This document shows positions 26,512 to 39,018 of a stretch of 64,000 bases of DNA, piece after piece; position 1 is the stretch's first letter, and each line of letters opens with the position of its first letter. The DNA is from Convolutriloba macropyga (lineage: Eukaryota). The notes beneath the pieces were generated by a model, which was not told where the DNA came from, searched no databases, and saw only the letters and a program-made list of their open reading frames with translations. The translations under genes and the position numbers were made by a program. The stretch is taken from contig NC_134477.1 of the NCBI RefSeq assembly GCF_964194025.1, positions 49,600,001 through 49,664,000 of the forward strand, given 5' to 3'.

Positions 26512-26640
26512 GATACAAGACACAGTAACAGAATTTACTGCTCAAGAATAATATTTCGAATACAAGACACAGTAACAATTTACTGCTCAGGAATATTTCT
26601 AGTTCAAGACACAGTAACACGTTATTTACTGCTCAAGACA
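26512..26640. repeat. ~40-bp tandem repeat (CAAGACACAGTAACA..ATTTACTGCTCA) x3
   Basis: Three visible units. Confidence 0.85.
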
Positions 26641-27047
26641 ATTTGTTTTTTGCAATATTTTGCTGAGTTATACTTTAAGCCGTTTTGTGCTGCTGCTACG
26701 TTGAGTTCTGTATGTTGCTTTTTTTTATTTCCCCCTTTTCTCTTTTTTTCTCACGTGACAAACTGTAACTAGAACTAGAACTATAACTATTAAATGACTA
26801 GGAAAACAGGAAGTGTTTTGTTTCTATTTTCCCGTCTACGCAAGCTTAGCGAGCTCAGCTCCAACACAAATATTGACCACAAACAAAACTTTTATGAAAA
26901 CGCATATTGTTGAAAAAAATAAAGATCAGTTACGATTTAATTTCAGTAGCCACTTTAAATTTCAAACTACAGGGAACTAGAGGGGCCCTCAATTTTGAGA
27001 ATTAGATACAAGGTGACAAATGTAACATTAAAAACAGAAAAGCTTTT

Positions 27048-27530
27048 AATAGCCGCAGAGCGATGGCTGGGGTTATTATTGGCCTTCTCTTGGTTTTTTA
27101 CGATTCAAAAAATCTGAATTGTATTGGGGCGTTGTCCTTTTTTAAGATCTGTTCAAGCATTTGCACGATTTTTGAAGTCAAATTGGAGTAGTCATTTTGG
27201 TCACGCCGAAACAGGAAGTGGAGCGAAGAAGCAAGTGGTTTGCGGCGTGGATGTTTTTGGCTCCAATTTTAATGTAGAGTAAAAAAATAGGTGTTTGAAC
27301 AAAAACTTTCTTTCTTGCAAGTGGTTTTTTGTTTACATCAGGCAATTTCACTTTAATTTTTACTGTTTTTTCGATTTTTTTGGATCGGATTTTTCTCTAA
27401 ATGTTTTTCCCAATTCTATCATAGTCCTTTCTAGGTCTTGATTTTTGTCTGTAGTCAACGAAAACTTTTTGAACTTTACTTCAGGACTTGTCTTGCTATG
27501 TTTTTGTATTTCGTCGTCAAGATTTTTGTT
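27048..27530 (+). repeat. Dispersed repeat copy 1 (~450-480 bp)
   Basis: Collinear with 31671-32120: TAATAGCCGC, GATTTTTGAAGTCAAAT.GGAGTAGT..TTTTGGTCACGCCGAAACAGGAAGTGGAGCGAA, TCAGGACTTGTC. Confidence 0.85.
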
Positions 27531-29859
27531 ACGACCATACGACGTCACAGCAACTTTTTGTTCATTCGTTCATGCAATTTCAACAGAATTGCATGCTCGA
27601 CGTCGTTTTTCGCTCCTAGTGGAGCGAGTTTTTTTGTTCATTCACGTAATTAAATTTCTGGTCACACTTGACTTATCTCACTCTCAAAAATGACTTCCTC
27701 ACTATCATATTGACTTTTTTTACTTTAATTCAAAGAGATAAGGCCAAATGGGTGTGTGTCACTCTATATGAAGGTTATTTGAGAGCAAATAATAGATGCA
27801 GCAATAACTTATACAGATTTTTAATCAAATTATAACAAATCAGCCTTCCATGAAAAGACGACTTTTTTGGTCTGACTTTTTACTTGTTTTTTTGAGACTG
27901 CAGATATACGAATCTATTGCGGCTACTTTCTGGCACTCTGCCAGCTATGTTGAAAAACGTTTAAAAACAAATGATATCACAAACTTTTAGACTAACGCTA
28001 TAAATCTACTGCACTGCGTACCTTCATTTGGTCAAAATTAAGTTAATGGTCAATGAGACCTCTCAGTTCTTTACGACTACATAGAGCATAAAAAACAGGC
28101 ATAAACCGCAAATTGAAAAAAAAAGTTGAGAGAGAAAAGTAACTTTTCGTTTGAAAAAACTCATATTTGAATGATTTTTTAACAACAATGGAAATCCTTT
28201 TTTGCAAGAATTTGACTCCAAAAGACCAAGCAATATGAACCCATCTTTATAACTACGCATTTTTTGTGAAAACCCGGTGGTATCAAACCCATTAAACTCA
28301 AAGGCGTTCAACGAAAATCAACAAAACAATAAGTTATATAAAGTTATTCTTCGATGAGACGGCAACAATTTGTTTCATTTTAAAATTATCAATAAGTCAT
28401 CACAATAAGTCGTATGACTATGAAAACGACAACAAACACAGGCAAAAACCAAAAAAATTAGTAGAAATGTTTGAGAAGACAGTGTCGAAGCCTATAAAGC
28501 CATACATTTTTCTCTGCAAATTTTATCTATGATAGATTGAAAGCCTTTTTATGTCAATGGGAAATTGCAATAATTGGATAATGTGATAAAATTTCAAAAG
28601 AATCCAAATTATGAAAAAGATAACCAGAAATTTAAAAAAATTATGAAAAGTTGTGGCATCCCAGTCATAAAGACAATAGTTAGCAGATAAAACCTCTAAC
28701 CAGATTAATTTTGGTTGCATCAGAAAAGAAGTGGATTTTCTCAGTATTGATGCTGACTTACAGTTCACAGAAACAAGTTTAGGATCGGTTTTTCTCCAAG
28801 AAGAATTTTTTTTGAATTTTTTTTAAAGGTCTCAACAGCCTTAACAGTCTTAGTTGTCCTCTTAAGCGACTACATAGTAGCGCTTACTGCTCTTAAGGAA
28901 ACTTCTTTTACTTTTAGGCAACGGGTCTATCTCATAGTACAACAAAAATTTAATAAACCTCAAAAAAAAATTAACATTTTAGTAAAAATTACGAAAACTC
29001 AGAATCGAAGCCATAAAAATGATTCCTTAAAAAGGAATTATTTGTTCATTGGGCATCATTTGACTGTAATTGAGTTTTGTCTTGAACAGAACATGGATTT
29101 GAAAAGTAACTAGTCTCTAAATGACTTTAGAGAGAAAATAAAAAAAATGAAATGGTTCTTAAAATATCATCTCTGAAATAGAAATCGATTTTTTTGTAGT
29201 AAATTTCCCTATAAGACAAAAACTACTCTTTTATATGGCTTTTGGTCTGTTAGAAACCCAAGGTTGTTTCATTTGTAGCATAAAATGTAACTTTGAACTG
29301 AAATTTTCAAAGAAAAAATCTTAATTTGTGCAAAAAAAAGTGAACAAATTTATGCCAAACATCACTTTTTTCACACAAAATTTTAAACATCTATAACTCC
29401 TCGAAGAACATTCATAAAACTTTTTAATTCCTAATTGTTCTCTGGACGAGCTTTTTAATGATACCACTCACATTTCTCTACGATGACTATATCGATCGGC
29501 CAAAATTGTCGGAACAAAAAAAACCCATTTGAGTATATAGTTCTTTCCCCCATAAGTGGGGTCGGAACAAAAATCAGCTGGCTCTCTGTAAGATTTACTA
29601 TAGCGTCATAGGATGTGCGGCTTATTTTCAAGAAACTGTAAAAGCTAAAATCAGTTTCCAAAATCTTCTGGCACAACCTTGGCAAGTTCAATAAAAACTT
29701 TTGCGGTCCATAAATTGTTAGGATGTGGCACTGCCTCATCTAGACAACTATTAAAGACGACTGCTAATTGAATGCGGTCCGAACCTCAATACCTAATAAC
29801 AGTGGTTCTCTATTCCAGAAGATCTCTAAAAAACAACAACAAATGTAGATTTACTATAT

Positions 29860-30600
29860 TTCAGACCAAACATACAAACAATTTTCCGACAATTTCTTAC
29901 CTTTGAAATCGATTATACCGAAAATTTTGTAAATTTAAATCAAGTCATAGCAATAATTTCTTACGTTTGGAACCCAACAACCAGTTGATTTCCTCTGTTT
30001 GAAACCGAACAAACCAATGACTTCCTACTTTTCAAAGCCGACAAACCAGTGATTTCCTACGTTTGAGACCGATTATACCGACATTTTCCTACGTTTAAAA
30101 CAAACATAGCGATGAACTCAGACGCCGGAAGCCCAACATATCAGTGATTTCCAACTTATTGAACCTATCGTGTCGACAATTCCCTGAATTTGAAACCTCA
30201 ATATGATTTACTCTTTTTGAAACCCAGCGTACCGACAATTTACTACGCTTGAAACCCAACATAGCAATGATTCGCTTCGTTTGAAATACCAACAACCCTA
30301 CAATTTTCTACATTTGAAACCACGCCTACCAAAGATTTCCGATGAAACACAGCTTATCTTACCCCGATGAATTTCTTTGTTTGCGGCCCAACATACCAGT
30401 GATTTACTACAATTGAAACCTTACGTACCGACAATTTCCTATGCTTGAAACCCCTAAGACTTTCTACGTTTGCAACCCAGCTGAGCGATGATTTGTGACA
30501 TTTGAAACCCGACATACCAATATTCCCGCCTTTTCAGATCGAAAAAAACCGACAGTTTTTTTCTGTTTGCAAACCGTTCAAACCGACTATACCAGAGAAA
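29860..30600. repeat. Degenerate ~33-bp minisatellite (TTTCCTACGTTTGAAACCCAACATACCGACAA-like)
   Basis: Regularly spaced TTTGAAACC / ACCGACAATTT motifs over ~740 bp. Confidence 0.75.
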
Positions 30601-31379
30601 ACAATAAAGGTTTTCATTACTTTTGTCTAAGACTGAAGATACCGATGAGTTAATTGCCTTAGAATTTTGAATCGCCCGAAAATCATTTCAAGGCTACCGG
30701 TGGAGCTAATGTGAGAAAGCCCTGACTTTCAGAAATACACAAGTATGCGCAATTGCATGCTTGGCTCTTTTCGCGGCCGAGGCGTCCACCCATATTCCAC
30801 CGTTATTAAGCGAGAATAAGGGTGTAAAACAATTTACAATCTTAAATAGCGGGGAAAAGAGTGTAAGAGTGTAGTTTTGAGGCATTTACGATTTTTACAC
30901 ACTCTTTACACTCTTTACTCCACTCTTTAACACTCTGAAAAATTACACTCTTCAGTCGAATTTTTTGTAGGGAAAAGAGTGAAAGAGTGCAATTTTAAAG
31001 AAATTGCCGCTTAGAAATGCATTATATTTTTAAGGAAAATTACACACTTAGAAATACACTACAATTTTAGAGGATTTTTACACTCTTAGAAATGCAATAA
31101 AATTACACTGTGTTAATCCACTTATTTGAAATCTATCCTTTTTTAATCACTTAGAATAAGATCCTCCCAAACATGTTGACAAAGCATGTTGAACATGTGC
31201 TGACACAAAAAACGAGGTGTGTCAAAAAGAAAAGACCCGTGAACAGTTTTTGGCGAGGAAAAGACCCAGGAAAAGACGAGAACACTTTAGGTCAATCATA
31301 TTTAGATATAATAAGACCGTGGTCGACCTTGAAAAAATCGCTAGTCAGTTCATCAATTCCCAGGTTGAGCTCGAAATTG

Positions 31380-31530
31380 CTTCTGATCAGACCTTCCCAG
31401 ACAAGTGTGGTCTCTGATCAGACCGTCCCAGGCCGACTTGACCTCCGATCAGACGAGTGTGTGCTCGAAGATCATTGTGCGGTCGAAGTGCGCTCGAAGC
31501 CGCCTCTGATCAGACGAGTTCCAGACTGCT
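31380..31530. repeat. TCTGATCAGAC-rich repeat block (same family as 7240-8230)
   Basis: Four (T/C)GATCAGAC motifs, three as the full TCTGATCAGAC. Confidence 0.65.
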
Positions 31531-31670
31531 TCGGACCATTCCTTTTGTTTTTTAATTTGCTATTTTACCGACCGAATCCCATTACTAGCTCAATCTGGTT
31601 GGCCATTTAACTGTCATTATTGCTTTTTTTGGTAAAAACAATATTATCACCTCAATCTATTTATAGTGAT

Positions 31671-32120
31671 TAATAGCCGCCCTCATCTTCTCAGCCGGCT
31701 ATTATTGCGCTCGTATTTTTTTTACAAATAAAAGAATTTGAATTGTATTGTTTCATGATTTTTGAAGTCAAATGGGAGTAGTGATTTTGGTCACGCCGAA
31801 ACAGGAAGTGGAGCGAAAAAGCGAGTGGTTTTGCGGCGTGAAATTTTTTCGCTCTAAATTTAAAGTAGAGTGAGAGAACGGTGTTTGAACAAAATCCCGC
31901 TTTCTCACTAGTGGTTTTTTTTTTCACATGCGGCAATTTCACTTTGATTTTTACAGTTTTTTCGATTTTTTGGATCGGATTTTTTCCGAAATGGTTTTCC
32001 CAATCCATTCATAGTCCGTTCTTGGTCTAGTTTTCTGTTTAGTCAATGAAAATTCTTTGAATTGTGTGTCAGGACTTGTCCTGCTATGTTTTCTACTTCG
32101 TCAAACTTTTCGCTTTACCA
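31671..32120 (+). repeat. Dispersed repeat copy 2
   Basis: See 27048-27530. Confidence 0.85.
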
Positions 32121-32604
32121 TTTTGCCGCTTTTTCGACATTTTGCGTGAAATCTTTTTGACTTCTCTAGGCTAGTTTCTCTCTTCTCTCATTCTGCTAAA
32201 AGTGAATTTGAACATCAGTTGCTAAGCAAAGCAATTCAAAGTGAACAGAGTCGGTATAAAAAATTGAAGTCAGAAATAGAAACGGGATAAACCCATAAAG
32301 CCCAATTTTAGATGCCCGCTATTTGAACGTCGTTCCTATAAGTCTTAGTTACCACCTCTAATGCTTATTGGTGTTGATAGTAGCCCCTGTAGCCTCTCTC
32401 TAAGAAACAGAAGTATGTTCAACTACGAAATGCCATCAAAATAAATCGGACTTAAAAATTATTTTTGTACAAAAATCTTTTTTTTTCAATATATTCTATT
32501 CGTTCAATCCCAATCATGCTTATTGGAATCAACGGCGGCTATTTTCCGGCAATCTGCCGGGTATGTTTTTCTGTTTTGCGCTGTTTAAGTTATTTGCCTT
32601 TTAG

Positions 32605-32927
32605 GTATTTTGGTCAACAACATCGGCAGCGAATTGTACGCAATCAATTTTCTTCACTCCGAGTACTGGCAATGGATTATTAACACCACTGGCGGAAATG
32701 TGTCAGATTCCGATACGTTCGACAGTGGTTCGATTCCAGGTGGGCGCTCAAGTGTGACTATAACAGCAACATCTATCATACCACCATCATCTCTTCGGAC
32801 TGGGTTATTGGAAAGTAGTCTTAGTAGTTGCAATGAAAACTCTGAAACCGTAATTATTTTGCTTTCTTTGATGTTGTTTATATGTTCCATCTGTTCATCA
32901 TTCAATTGCTGTGTTATTATCCGATAG
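32605..32927 (+). CDS. Gene A last exon: end of S1 domain, Ser/Thr stalk, hydrophobic C-terminal anchor
   Basis: Acceptor CCTTTTAG|GT (phase 1). GILVNNIGSELYAINFLHSEYWQWII is homologous to the last exons of genes C and D. Ends VIILLSLMLFICSICSSFNCCVIIR*; AATAAA at 32949-32954. The six-exon model totals 960 nt (319 aa). Confidence 0.85.
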
Positions 32928-33650
32928 ACGTTGAAAAAGTTTTTAAAAAATAAAATTAAAGCTGCAAAAAATAGAATATAGTTTTGGTTTCGAAGTGAAG
33001 ACTCAAGTTCAGAATAGGCTCGAAGAAACTTAAAAACTAAATTATAAATGTTTCATTTTTTATAACAGAAAGCTCGCTTTAAAGGTAAACATTATCTTCC
33101 ATTACGAAAATCGTTTCTTTTGTTGGTACAAAGATCACATTTTTTAATTAAAAAAATATCGGTATTGTAGTGGTGAACTTTCCTGATAACCTGTTTTCAG
33201 GGTTTTATCGTTATCAATTATTTTAAATCTCAGTTTTGCTCACTTTGTGCTATAAGTAAAGTTTGGAAGGTGCGCAAATTGATTTACAAAAACGAACTAA
33301 GGGTCATTTGTTGGTGTAAGGTATTGTTTTCGTCGGACACCTCTGCAATGAGGTCCAATGTTGCATATAAGAAAAGATATAGGGTCGCATCTGCGGGAAA
33401 GTTGTTAACCATGAGTTTACCCCAGTTAACATGATAAAGTCAAAACAAAATCTACTAACACTATTACAGAAAAGTGCTTTATTGTAAAGAATTTGTGAGA
33501 GAAGCTTCGGCAAAAATAGTAAAGCAGATGAAAATCTAGTTTGCGATTATTCTATTAAATTGACCGATCAGAAACAAGGAAGTGCATACTCAGCGATAAA
33601 AAAGCTTTTTGCCTGAATTGGTTTCTTAGTCTTCCAAAAATGTTTGTTAG

Positions 33651-34000
33651 TACACACTAAAAGTAGTTCAGGGGAATTAACTTGGAAAAAAAAACACCTG
33701 AATGTGCCTGAACAGTTCAGGCAGATTTGTCTCACCTGAACCAAAACTGAACAAACCTGAAAATACCTGAAATCGACCTGAAAAACTCAGGTATTACTGC
33801 CTGAATTTTTATCTGAACTTACCTCAAAAACAGCTGAAAAATTTACCTGAACAGTTCAGGTATTTTATGGAGTTCAGGTAAATTTCAGGTATTTTTCAGG
33901 TGTGTTCAGGTATGGTTCAAGTAAGACAGTAAGAAGAACTGTTCAGGTAAGTTCAGGTGTTTTTTTTTTCAGGTAAATTTACCTGAATTTTTAGTGCGTA
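33651..34000. mobile_element. MITE-like element with ~65-bp TIRs and internal ACCTGAA/TTCAGGT repeats, flanked by TA
   Basis: Left TACACACTAAAA..AAAAAAAACACCTGAA..CCTGAACAGTTC; right GAACTGTTCAGG..TTCAGGTGTTTTTTTT..TTTTAGTGCGTA. Confidence 0.8.
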
Positions 34001-34173
34001 GAGGTGCCCATCTGAATCCAGTATCTCTTCTAGGTGTTTTTACAATAAAAGTTATAATTCTATGTTTCTTTACAAGAACAGAGTTGGTTTGTAAAAAATC
34101 ATATTGAAATTGGTAATTCTATTTCGCGCGTAGAAATTAGCAGTACTTAATGGTTAATCATTGAGGCTGTAGA

Positions 34174-34326
34174 CCCGTTTCGAAACTACAACCCCCCCCC
34201 CCCCCCTCCCCTGCCAAACTAATGTACGAATAGGGGGTAAATTGTTAAAATGTCTACGGGAGGTAAAACGATGCAAGATTGGGGGGGGGGGGGGGGGTGG
34301 GGGGGGGGTTTAAAATTCGACACGGG
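34174..34326. mobile_element. Small MITE-like element with CCCGT.TCGAA termini and poly-C/poly-G arms
   Basis: CCCGTTTCGAA..AAC(C)n ... (G)nTTT..TTCGACACGGG. Confidence 0.6.
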
Positions 34327-35014
34327 GAAAGAGCCCTATTAGAATCCGCCTTGGTACTCCGTTTATTCCACTCCTAAGAGTACTCGTAATACTTCCAAAC
34401 TAGACTTTTTCAACTTTTCGTACTTAAAACCAATCATCCGAGCAAAGAAATCATCAGGGGATAAGGTCATGCGAAAATAGTGAAACAGTCTAGATGGCAA
34501 AATCTTAATGCATGCAAATACAGTTGTCAAAAACAGAGTCATGGTTTTATAACCACTTGAGAAGAAACAAAACCAGATTACGACCTCAATTGTTCAACTA
34601 TAGTCCATTCCTAAAATGACTATCTAAACCCAAAATCGGAGTTCGATGAGACCGCCAAAAATCATATGTTAGATAAAATAAAAATGAAAATTTTTCAACC
34701 ATGCGCAAATGTTAGATAAAATAAAATTAAAAATTTCTTAACCCTGAGCAAATGCACCTTCACTCCAGAAAAGTATCAATACTCTCCAATCTGAAGATAA
34801 AAAGACATTGAGACATTGTTACAGTAAAAAAACATTCAAAAAACATTCACAGTATGAAGCTATATTGATTATTTCATTCAAACTTGTGATTTTATGATCC
34901 CCGTATAAACAAACAACTTTTGCGATAAACATATTTAATTAGCGACCAAAATTTGAAGTCAGCTCTTTTTTGTTATCTAGTTCTAAGGCCCGGGCCAACT
35001 GGCTAAATGAAGCA

Positions 35015-38000
35015 AGAGAAGGTTAGTATCAAGAAAATGCGGCTACGACTTTCAGCATTTGTTAAGTACTTCCCGAGATACTGAAAAAAGTTTGAAATGA
35101 ACAATTTTTTTGTATCCGATTACTGACTCATTTGTAAGAAATTGCTCAGAAAAAGCTCCAGAAGATCTTGTAACGTTTTTTTGAGCAACAGTTATGTCCA
35201 TTGCCATTCTTAAAACTTTGATTTCAATGTGCTACATTGAAAACGTTTCTGAGCACAAAGAAATTGTTCAAGAAGCGATCAATTGCAAAAAAAGCGTTCA
35301 AATAACGGGTAAATAACCAATGGGAAGTGTTTTTGTGTGTGTCTGCAGTGTTGAGAAAATTTTTGATATTCATTCTTATTCAGAGTTAATTCAGAAAAGC
35401 GTTCTTGAATTTTCCTATGGTTCAGAGGAATTCAGAGAACATAAGTCCTGAGCTTTGCTCTGATTCAGATGGGTTTTAGAGTCAATACAAAAACTATTAT
35501 GAAAACTTTCTGAATCAGTACCGAAAGATAATATTTTTCTGAAAATGTTCTGATTCAGTTTTGATACTGACTGAATGTAAGGTACGTGTCGCTCTAATCT
35601 TTTAAATTTGACATTTTTAATTATAAATTTTGTTTTATTCTTATTCTGATCTCTCTCTGTTTTTGATGCTACAAGTTTTTAAGATCGAATTTTGGCACCT
35701 TATGAGCACAATTTTTCTGTTTCCCAAACCTTACAATATAACGAAGAAAAATTTTTTGAATCAAGTTCTTGTCATTTGGTTTTTGACTCATGAGTCTCGG
35801 ATACCAGTTGAAAGAATATCTGCAAAAATATGCATACAATCTCTCCTTAGACAATCTTTTTTCAATAATAAAATCAAACCACACTTTTAATATATATTTT
35901 TTTCAAAGACGAAATAGAAGCCACCTGTTTTTTATTTATTTCTTTTCCACCATACAATTGTTAAATTTTGAATGAATAGTTCGTTTCGGAGCTTCTGATC
36001 CTATAAATTTTCTGATCCTAAAAATCTATAAATTTTCTGAATGTAAAGCTTCTGATCCTATAAATTTTCTGAATGTAAAGCTTCTGATCCCATAAATTTT
36101 TTTAACAATGGACATAAAAGCTCCCTCCATTGAAAACGATAAAATTTTACTCTGAATATTGAAGAATTAACTGAATAGGGAGTTTTGAACGTCTCTAAGA
36201 ACTTTAAATTAGATAAAAGGATTGTTTTTTTCTGAATTTGCTCATGTTCATTTGCTTTGTTGCTTATTTTCAAATCAATTTTAATTTGAGTGTTCTTTTT
36301 CTGTTCAGAAAACTTCAGAGAAGAATCAACAAGATTGAAAAACTTTTAGTCTACTCAAATTGCTTAGAAAGAGGAGGTTAGTATTAAGAAAAAGCGGTTA
36401 CGGCTTTCAGTAATTGTTAAAAACTTCCAGAGATTGTGAAAAAAGTTTGAAATGAACAATTTTTTTTGTATCTGATTACTGACTCAGTTCTCAGAAATTG
36501 CTCAGAAAAAGCTCCAGAAGATCTTGTAACGTTTTTTGGAGCAACAGTTAACAGTTATGTACATTGCCAGCCTAAAAATTTTGATTTCGATGTGCTACAT
36601 TGAAAACGTTTCTGAGCACGAAAAAATTGTTCAAGAAGCGATCAATAGCAAAAAAAGCGTTCAAATAACGGGTAAATAACTAATGGGAAGTGTTTTTGTG
36701 TGTGTCTGCAGTGTTGAGAAAATTTTTGATATTCATTCTTATTCAGAGTTAATTCAGAAATGCATTCTTGAATTTTCCTATGGTTCAGATGAATTCAGAG
36801 AACATAAATTTTGAGTTTTGCTCTGATTCAGATAGGATTCAGAGTCAATACAAAAACTATTCTGAAAACTTTCGGATTCAGTACTGAAAGATAATGTTTA
36901 TCTGAAAATGTTCAGATTCAATTTTGATACTGACTGAATGTAAGAAAAGCGCCGCTCTGATCTTTTAAATTTGACATTTTTAGTTATAATTTTTGTTTTA
37001 TTCTTAATCTGATCTCTCTCTGTTTTTGATGCTACAAAATTTTAAGATCCAATTTAGGCACTTATGCGCACAATTTGTCTGTTTCCCAAACCTTACAATA
37101 TAACGAAGAAAAATTTTTGAATCAAACTCTTGTCAATTGGTTTTCGACTCATGAGTCTCGGATACCAGTTGAAGAATATCTGCAAAAATATGCATACACT
37201 CTCTCCTTAGACAATCTTTTTTCAATAATAAAATCAAACCACACTTTTAATATATATTTTTTTTCAAAGACGAAATAGAAGCCACCTGTATTTTATATAT
37301 TTCTTTTCCACCATACAATTGCTAAATTTTGAATGAATAGTTCGTTTCGGAGCTTGTAATCCTATAAATTTTCTGATCCTAAAAATCTATAAATTTTCTG
37401 AATGTAAAGCTTCTGATCCTATAAATTTTCTGAATGTAAAGCTTCTGATCCCATAAATTTTTTTAACAATGGACATAAAAGCTCCCTCCATTGAAAATGA
37501 TAAAATTTTACTCTGAATATTAAAGAATTAACTGAATAGGGAGTTTTGAACGTCTCTAAGAACTTTAATTTAGATAAAAGGATTGTTTTTTTTTTCTGAA
37601 TTTGCTCATGTTCATTTGCTTTGTTGCTTATTTTCAAATCAATTTTAATTTGAGTGTTCTTTTTCTGTTCAGAAAACTTCAGAGAAGAATCAACAAGATT
37701 GAAAAATTTTAATCTACTCAAATTGCTTAGAAAGAGGAACTTATTATCAAGAAAAAGCGGTTACGGCTTTCAGTAAATGTTAAAAACTTCCAGAGATTGT
37801 GAAAAAAGTTTGAAATGAAGAATTTTTTTGTATCTGATTACTGACTCAGTTCTCAGAAATTGCTCAGAAAAAGCTCCAGAAGATCTTGTAACGTTTTTTT
37901 GACCAACAGTTATGTACATTGCTATTTTTAAAACTTTGATTTCGATGTGCTACATTGAAAACGTTTCTGAGCACAAAAAAATTGTTCAAGAAGCGGTCAA

Positions 38001-39018
38001 TTGAAAAAAAGCGTTCAAATAACGGGTAAATAACCAATGGGAAGTGTTTTTGTGTGTGTCTGCAGTGTTGAGAAAACTTTTGATATTCATTCTTATTCAG
38101 AGTTAATTCAGAAAAGCGTTCTTGAATTTTCCTATGGTTCAGAGGAATTTAGAGAACATAAGTCCTGAGCTTTGCTCTGATTCAGATGGGTTTTAGAGTC
38201 AATACAAAAACTATTATGAAAACTTTCTGAATCAGTACCGAAAGATAATATTTTTCTGAAAATGTTCTGATTCAGTTTTGATACTGACTGAATGTAAGGT
38301 ACGTGTCGCTCTAATCTTTTAAATTTGACATTTTTAATTATAAATTTTGTTTTATTCTTATTCTGATCTCTCTCTGTTTTTGATGCTACAAGTTTTTAAG
38401 ATCGAATTTTGGCACCTTATGTGCACAATTTTTCTGTTTCCCAAACCTTACAATATAACGAAGAAAAATTTTTTGAATCAAGTTCTTGTCAATTGGTTTT
38501 CGACTCATGAGTCTCGGATACCAGTTGAAAGAATATCTGCAAAAATATGCATACAATATCTCCTTAGACAATCTTTTTTCAATAATAAAATCAAACCACA
38601 CTTTTAATATATATTTTTTTCAAAGACGAAATAGAAGCCACCTGTTTTTTATATATCTCTTTTCCACCAAAAAATTGTTAAGTTTTGAATGAATAGTTCA
38701 TTTCGGATCAAAATAGGGGCGTAAAGCTTCTGATCCTATAATTTTTTTTAACAATGGACGTAAAAAAGCCCCCTCCATTGAAAATCATAAAATTTCACCA
38801 CTCCGAATTAAGAAAAAAGTAATTGAATAGGGGGTTTTGAACGTCTCTAAGAACTTTATTTTAGATAAAAAGGATTGTTTTTTCTGAATTTGCTCATGTT
38901 CATTTGCTTCGTTGTTTTTTTTTCAACTCATATTTAATTTGAGTGTTCTTGTTCTGTTCAGAAACTTTGAAGAAGAATCAACAAGATTGAAAAAAATTTA
39001 TTCTACTCAAATTGCTTA
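35015..39018. repeat. Tandem triplication of a ~1.36-kb unit between the converging 3' ends of genes A and C
   Basis: Unit starts (TAGTAT.AAGAAAA.GCGG.TACG.CTTTCAG) at ~35025, ~36379 and ~37742. Duplicated ORFs 35630/38347 and 36058/37419. Units end CTACTCAAATTGCTTA. Confidence 0.95.

Noticed and set aside
23430-28770. Possible decayed multi-pass/7TM gene on the minus strand (ORFs 23514-23861, 25067-25345, 28063-28768; LLIFVERL-like motif)
   Set aside because: Many stops, hydrophobicity explained by T-richness, and no coherent exon chain could be built.
35630-38692. Repeated ORFs in the 1.36-kb array
   Set aside because: AT-rich low-complexity translations, frameshifted between copies.
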